Origin: an uncultured Gemmataceae bacterium
GTDB taxonomy: Bacteria > Planctomycetota > Planctomycetia > Gemmatales > Gemmataceae
Reading direction: 5' to 3'
Length of the DNA stretch: 64,000 bases
Assembly (NCBI GenBank): GCA_963750165.1
Contig: CAVVPN010000004.1
Span: 896,001 to 960,000 of the forward strand
Shown here: in pieces, positions 59,058 to 64,000 of the stretch
How the letters are laid out: each line of letters begins with the position of its first letter
How positions within the stretch are numbered: position 1 is the stretch's first letter
Position numbers and translations under genes: made by a program
Notes under the pieces: generated by a model
What the model saw: the letters and a program-made list of their open reading frames with translations, nothing else
Told to the model about the DNA's origin: nothing
The model's database searches: none

Positions 59058-60329
59058 TTACACACTGCGGCGCAGGCGGCGCTGCTCCGCTTCGCGCAAC
59101 AACTGCCGTCGATGGCCGGCCGTCTGCTCGAACAGGGCGGTGAAGAAAGCGGTGTCCGCGGCGGTCAACTCCCGACCGCGGCGGCGCATGGCCGTGGCCG
59201 CCGTCGCGAACAGCTGGTCCAGGTCGGCGTGTTCCTGCGTCCCACCCGGGCCAGCCTGGCAGAACGACGGCACCGTCCGTGGCAGCAGCGTCCCGGTCGG
59301 CAGCAGGTGGCAGAACACGCCGGTCACGGTGCCGGTATTCAGCAGCGTGTTCAGGCCGGTCTTGGTGTGGTCGCCCAGGAACGCCCCGACCTTGGTCTGG
59401 CCGGTGGCGATCTTGCCGGCGGCAGTGAACATGTTGACCTCGCCGTAGTCGTTGCGCAGGTCGCTGACCTGGGTGCCCGCGGCCAGGTTGACCCACGACC
59501 CGACATAGCTGTGGCCCAGGAAGCCGTCGTGATACTTGTTGGCGAAGCCCTGCATGATGCTGGCTTCGAACTCGCCGCCGACCCGGCACTTCGGCCCGAG
59601 CGTGCCGCCGCGCAATTTCGCGCCCAGCAGCAGACAGTCCGGCCCCACGTAGCACGGCCCTTCCAGGCGCGTGAAGGACTGGACGACGGCGCCGCGGTCG
59701 AGGATCACCGGGCCGGGCCGCGTGTCCACCGTCACATACGGTTCCACCCGGGCGTCGCGATGCACCAGCAGTTGCTCGCGCGGCCCCAGCGTCGCCACGT
59801 CCGGCGGGCTGGCGGTGAAGTCCGGTTGGGCCGCGAACCAGGGCAGATCCTCGCGCAGCGCCTCGGGGTTGTGCTCCACGAAGTCCCAGGGGTAGCGGAG
59901 GAGCCGGCCTCCCGCCGGGCAGCGCGGCAGCGTCAGCAGACAGTGGTTGACCCACTGCTCGACGGCCTCCGGGGAGCAGTCGTCCGGCGCCGACGGGGCG
60001 ACCACATACACTACCTCGTCGCCGATCAGGCCGACGCGCGGCGTGTCCACGTCGGCCAGGGGCACGACGGGCGGCAGCCAGCGGGCGTTGACGGCGGCGC
60101 GGAGGTTCTGCAGACCGTGCGGGTCGTTCACCGCGTCGTCAGGGTGCTCCTGGCGCACCAGCGGGGCCAGCGCCGGTCGCACGACCAGGCCGACCTCCTG
60201 CGCGGACAGGGCCGCCGTCTGCCGCCGCAGCAGCGTGCGACCGCCACACCACAGGTCAAAGGCTGGCCGCGTCAGGGTCAGCGGCTCCAGCAGTTCGACG
60301 TACTGGTCTTCAAAAACGGCGATACGCAT
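59058..60329 (-). CDS. GlmU-like putative sugar nucleotidyltransferase with left-handed beta-helix
   Basis: LEPLTLTRPAFDL, PWD, hexapeptide repeats, NKYHDGFLGHSYVGSWVNLAAGT. Confidence 0.85.
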   Translation of the reverse strand: MRIAVFEDQYVELLEPLTLTRPAFDLWCGGRTLLRRQTAALSAQEVGLVVRPALAPLVRQEHPDDAVNDPHGLQNLRAAVNARWLPPVVPLADVDTPRVGLIGDEVVYVVAPSAPDDCSPEAVEQWVNHCLLTLPRCPAGGRLLRYPWDFVEHNPEALREDLPWFAAQPDFTASPPDVATLGPREQLLVHRDARVEPYVTVDTRPGPVILDRGAVVQSFTRLEGPCYVGPDCLLLGAKLRGGTLGPKCRVGGEFEASIMQGFANKYHDGFLGHSYVGSWVNLAAGTQVSDLRNDYGEVNMFTAAGKIATGQTKVGAFLGDHTKTGLNTLLNTGTVTGVFCHLLPTGTLLPRTVPSFCQAGPGGTQEHADLDQLFATAATAMRRRGRELTAADTAFFTALFEQTAGHRRQLLREAEQRRLRRSV

Positions 60330-60355
60330 GGGGCGGTCCCTCCTACCTCGGAGTC

Positions 60356-60423
60356 GGCGAGCGGCGCGGCGTCAGCCCGCCGGTGCTTCAAAATACCGGC
60401 GGGCTGACGCCGCGCCGCTCGCC
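60356..60423. repeat. REP-like inverted pair
   Basis: Same arms as 7548-7616 with a different spacer. Confidence 0.92.
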
Positions 60424-60430
60424 TTCGCAG

Positions 60431-62256
60431 TCACTCCACGGTCACACTTTTGGCAAGGTTGCGCGGCTTGTCAATATCACATCCACGCAGCAGGGCGATG
60501 TGGTACGCCAGCAGTTGCAGCGGCACCACCGTGATGACCGGCTGCAAATAGTCCTCGACCCTGGGCACATAAATGATGTCGTCGGCGCGGGCCTCCACCA
60601 GGCTGTCCTCCTCACAGGCCACGGCGATCACCGGGCCGCCGCGGGCCTTGATCTCCTCCAGGTTGCTCATCACCTTGTCGTAGACCGAGCACTGCGGCAC
60701 CAGGAAGACCGACGGCGTGTGCTTATCGACCAGGGCGATGGGACCGTGCTTCATCTCCGCGGCGGGGTAGCCCTCCGCGTGGACGTAGCTGATTTCCTTG
60801 AGCTTCAACGCCCCCTCCAGCGCCACCGGGAAGAGGTACTGCCGGCCCAGGTACAGGAAGTTGTCGTTGTCCGCGTACTTGCGAGCGATGCGTTTGACCT
60901 CGTCGTGGCAGCGGAGCGTCTGCCGCACCAGCTCCGGCAGCAGGCGGATTTCCTCAATCATGCGCGCCCCTGCAGGCTGGACAGATGACGCATACGGCCG
61001 AGGTACAGCGCCAGCAGCGTCAGCACGGTGACCTGAGCGGTGAACGCCTTGGTGCTGGCGACGCCGATCTCGGGGCCGGCGTGCAGGTAGACGCCGCCGT
61101 CGGCCTCGCGGGCAATGCTGCTGCCCACCACGTTGCAAATGGCCAGCGTCGTCAGGCCCTTGCGCTTGCTCTCGCGCAACGCCGCCAGCGTGTCCGCCGT
61201 CTCGCCGGACTGCGTAATGCCGAGCACCACCGTGTTGCGGTCCATCGGCGGGTTGCGGTAGCGGTACTCGCTGGCGTACTCCACCTCGACGGGAATCTGC
61301 GCCAGGGCCTCGAACAGGTGTTCGCCAATCAGGCCGGCGTGATAGCTGGTGCCGCACGCGGTCATCACGATGCGGTCAATCTGGCGGAGCTGGGCGGGCG
61401 TGCGGTTCAGGCCGCCGAAGTGGGCGGTCGCCTCGGCGTCGTCGAGCCGGCCGGCGATGGCGCGCTGCAGCACCTCGGGCTGCTCGTAAATCTCCTTGAG
61501 CATGTAGTGCTCGAACGCCCCCTTGTCGGAATCGCCGGCGTCCAGTTCCAGGGTGTGGACCTGGGCCTCGGCGGCCTCGCGGTCGTGGTTGAAGATGCGC
61601 CACTCGCGCGGCGTCAGGGCGCACAGCTGGCGGTCGCTGAGGTAGACGACGCGCTCGGTGTAGCCGGCCAGGGCGTTGGCGTCGCTGGCCAGCAGTGTCT
61701 CGCCCTGGCCGATGCCCAGCACCAGTGGACTGCCCAGGCGGGCGCCGACGATCTGGTGCGGGAAGCGCGGGCTGACGACCGCCAGGCCGTAGGTGCCCTT
61801 GAGGCGCGCCACCGCCCGTTGAACCGCTTCGAGCAGATCGTCTTGCAGGTAGGCGGCGATCAGGTGGGCGATGACTTCCGTGTCGGTGTCGCTCTTGAAA
61901 ACGACACCGTCGGCCTGAAGTTGCTGCTTGAGCGTGGCGTAGTTCTCGATGACGCCGTTGTGGACGACCGCGACCTCGCCGTCGCCGCCGAGGTGCGGGT
62001 GGGCGTTGGTTTCGGTGGCGGGGCCGTGCGTGGCCCAGCGCGTGTGGCTGATGCCGGTGCTGCCGGGCGCCTGCTGGCGGCCCACCAGGCTGGTCAGGTT
62101 GGCGATGCGGCCGACGGCCTTGCGGACGCGCAGTTGCCGGCCGGCGATGGTGGCCAGGCCGGCACTGTCGTAGCCACGGTATTCCAGTCGCCGCAGCCCT
62201 TCCAGCAAGATCGGCGTCGCCTCGCGCCGCCCGGTATAACCGACAATGCCACACAT
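60431..62256 (-). CDS. glmS: Glutamine-fructose-6-phosphate aminotransferase (frameshift near 60968)
   Basis: MCGIVG, LEYRGYDSAG, HTRWATHG, QSGETADT, GVASTKAF, DKPRNLAKSVTVE. Confidence 0.95.
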
Positions 62257-62564
62257 GAGGGTGCCTCGCTGTTCCCTGGGGTCGTGCGTCTACGCCAGTC
62301 CAGTCCAGGTTTTCCTTCCTGGCATGAATGGGCACTGTACCTATCACAGCAGTTTCCGCGCCACGGGAATTATGAAGTTCTGGCGACAGAACTGTGGCTC
62401 CGAATCAGCGGGAAAGGCACGGATCGGGTGGAGCACTGCCTGGCCCTGTCTACTCCCCGAGACACTCCAACCACTCTCTGTCTACTTTCTGATACACACG
62501 ACAGCGTTGCCGGGCGCAGGTTGTTGTCGGCGGGCCAGGGCGTGAACCGCAAGGGGTTGCTATT

Positions 62565-62629
62565 CGCCGTGGTGCAGGCGGCCCGCCAGCACAGGGAGCG
62601 CGTGCAGGCGGGCTGCCTGCACCATGGCG
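62565..62629. repeat. REP-like inverted pair (GTGGTGCAGGC family)
   Basis: CGCCGTGGTGCAGGCGGCCCGCC...GGCGGGCTGCCTGCACCATGGCG. Confidence 0.8.
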
Positions 62630-62631
62630 CA

Positions 62632-62853
62632 TCAGCGCAAGCCGAGCACCTCCCACACCAGGATGGTGGTGTCCTCGCTGCCGGAGGCGAGCACGCGGCC
62701 GTCGGGGGAGAAGGCGAGAGCGGTGACAGAACCGCGGTGGCCGCTGAAGCGCTTGAGTTGCTGGCCGGTGGCGGTTCGCCAGACACAGACATCCTTGCCG
62801 TCGGAACTGGCAAAGAACTTGCCGTCGGGGGAGAAGGTCAGCCGGTAGCTCAA
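62632..62853 (-). pseudogene. WD40 protein C-terminal fragment (two repeats)
   Basis: FSPDGKFFAS...VW...GHRGSVTALAFSPDGRVLASGSEDTTILVWE. Confidence 0.8.
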
Positions 62854-63418
62854 AGCTTCCGCAAGTTCACGGCAGTCGCCGCCAATGCGGCCGCGGCCAC
62901 GACCCCGGGAAACACCTCGTCCACCAGGCCGAGCCGCGCCGCCATCGCCCAGTCATTCGGCGGCACGTCGGCGGACTTGAGCAGCACCACCCGCGCCCGA
63001 GCCGCGCCGCCACCCGCGCCGCGATGGCGTCGCTGGTCACCGTCCAGGTATGCGGCAGCCGATCCGGGTTCGCCTCGTCCGCACGCAGCACCGGCAGGCA
63101 GTCGAGCACCGGTGTCACGCCCGCCGCCCACGCCGCCGGTAGTTCTGCCAGTCCGACGATCACCCGCCCCCGCGGCAGCAGCGCCGCCAGCACATGAGCG
63201 TTCAGGCCCATCGCCCGCACCGCCAGCCAGTGTGCCGCCTCGGCGCCGAGGCCGTGGACGCGGTCCAGGTCGCGCACGGCGTCCGCCGCCGCGCCGCCGC
63301 CGGGCACCAGCACCACATCGCATGTCCCCAACCGCCCCAGCCAGTCGGCCAACCGCGGCCGCAGTCCCGGCCAGGTCAGCAGACTGCCGCCGACCTTGAC
63401 CACCACCGGCTCAGCCAT
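62850..63418 (-). CDS. Amino-acid-kinase-family protein, MfnE/Orf21-like (frameshift near 62997)
   Basis: VVKVGGSL, VPGGG..AD.VR, AHWLAVRAM, LPHTWTVTSD, VLLKS, GLVD..F. Confidence 0.8.
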
Positions 63419-64000
63419 CGTGCCGGCCCTCCGTGGCGAGGACGGCCACCGCGTGGGCGCACGCCGCCGCCGACAACTCCGGCCCCAGTTCCTGTGCCAG
63501 CGACACGATGGTCACCGGGAGTATTTTTTCCAATGCCTGGAGGACAAGGCGAGCCAAAAATTCGCCGGAGCCGGCCAGCACGACGGCCGTGGGCAGGGCA
63601 GGCAAGCGCCGCGCCGCCTCCCAGATGGGAGTGCCGATCAACTGCGTCTGGCGGCGAAAGGCGCGGGCGGCAAACATGATGACGAAATCGGCACGCAGGG
63701 TCTCGCCGTCACCGCAGAGCATGCGGGCCAGCCGGGCGTGGGCGGCGGCGCGCGTGGCCGGTCGGCCGTCGGCGGTGTGGCAATCCGCCGCGTCCTCGTT
63801 GACATGCTCGAGCAGCAAATACACGTCCAGGGTGGTGGCGAAGAACTCCGCGGCGCCGAAGCCGTCGAGCAGGGCGCACACCGGCGTCCGCCGGGCGCCG
63901 GTGTAGATCAACTCGCGGCTATACAACCGATCCGTGTCGGTGAGGTTCAACGGCCGTGGCTGGCCTGCGACCAGTGGCACGATGTCCGTGGTGGTCGAGC
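63411..64000 (-). CDS. Hydantoinase/oxoprolinase-family H4MPT-linked protein, MfnF/Orf9-like (5' end outside window)
   Basis: STTTDIVP, ELIYTGARRTPV, AEFFATT.DVY, TADGR...RLARMLCGD, GSGEFLA. Confidence 0.85.
   Translation of the reverse strand, partial: STTTDIVPLVAGQPRPLNLTDTDRLYSRELIYTGARRTPVCALLDGFGAAEFFATTLDVYLLLEHVNEDAADCHTADGRPATRAAAHARLARMLCGDGETLRADFVIMFAARAFRRQTQLIGTPIWEAARRLPALPTAVVLAGSGEFLARLVLQALEKILPVTIVSLAQELGPELSAAACAHAVAVLATEGRHDG

Noticed and set aside
62257..62420. glmS ribozyme upstream of glmS
   Set aside because: CGCCAGAACT resembles the cleavage-site region, but it is part of a simple hairpin and the downstream GACGAG core is missing; an Rfam scan would settle it
21615..63000. 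Programmed frameshifting or phase variation in the seven split genes
   Set aside because: Runs are only 1-4 bases with no slippery heptamers, and core genes are affected; sequencing error is simpler

Overview
High-GC chromosomal window from a planctomycete, probably Gemmataceae-like. This assignment rests on a LEPLEDR export motif, DUF11, PQQ-like propellers, Ser/Thr kinases with PP2C phosphatases, a Gemmata-type expanded protein family and methanofuran/H4MPT-linked genes. Housekeeping genes are rimI, dapL, hom, ada, glmS, a GlmU-like gene, mscS and a ParA-family gene; there are also two ECF sigma factors and a kinase/phosphatase cluster. The accessory zone (about 7.4-20.3 kb) is a ~3.2 kb direct duplication (DUF11 5' end, REP, MazG-like gene, SWIM-SNF2 helicase) enclosing a mosaic insert. 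The insert holds truncated gene fragments and a secreted two-gene module: a tandem-domain protein and a modular exoprotein with an in-frame TAG in its export motif. The second helicase copy is split by an intact IS701-family element (GTAC target duplication). Other mobile DNA includes an internally deleted IS630, an IS5 fragment, IS110 and ISKra4-like relics, a MITE-like element and many distinct REP-like palindrome families. Best candidates for undescribed biology: (i) the secreted two-gene module, (ii) an ECF sigma paired with a macroglobulin-fold anti-sigma carrying a membrane hairpin in the bait position, (iii) a cluster of GGA-loop hairpins (CsrA-type RNA) upstream of rimI, and (iv) a SpoIVB-S55 protease plus propeller pair. 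Seven genes carry single-base deletions, mostly in short G/C runs, that are probably long-read errors. No rRNA, tRNA or CRISPR array was seen. All family assignments come from motif recognition by eye, not database searches.
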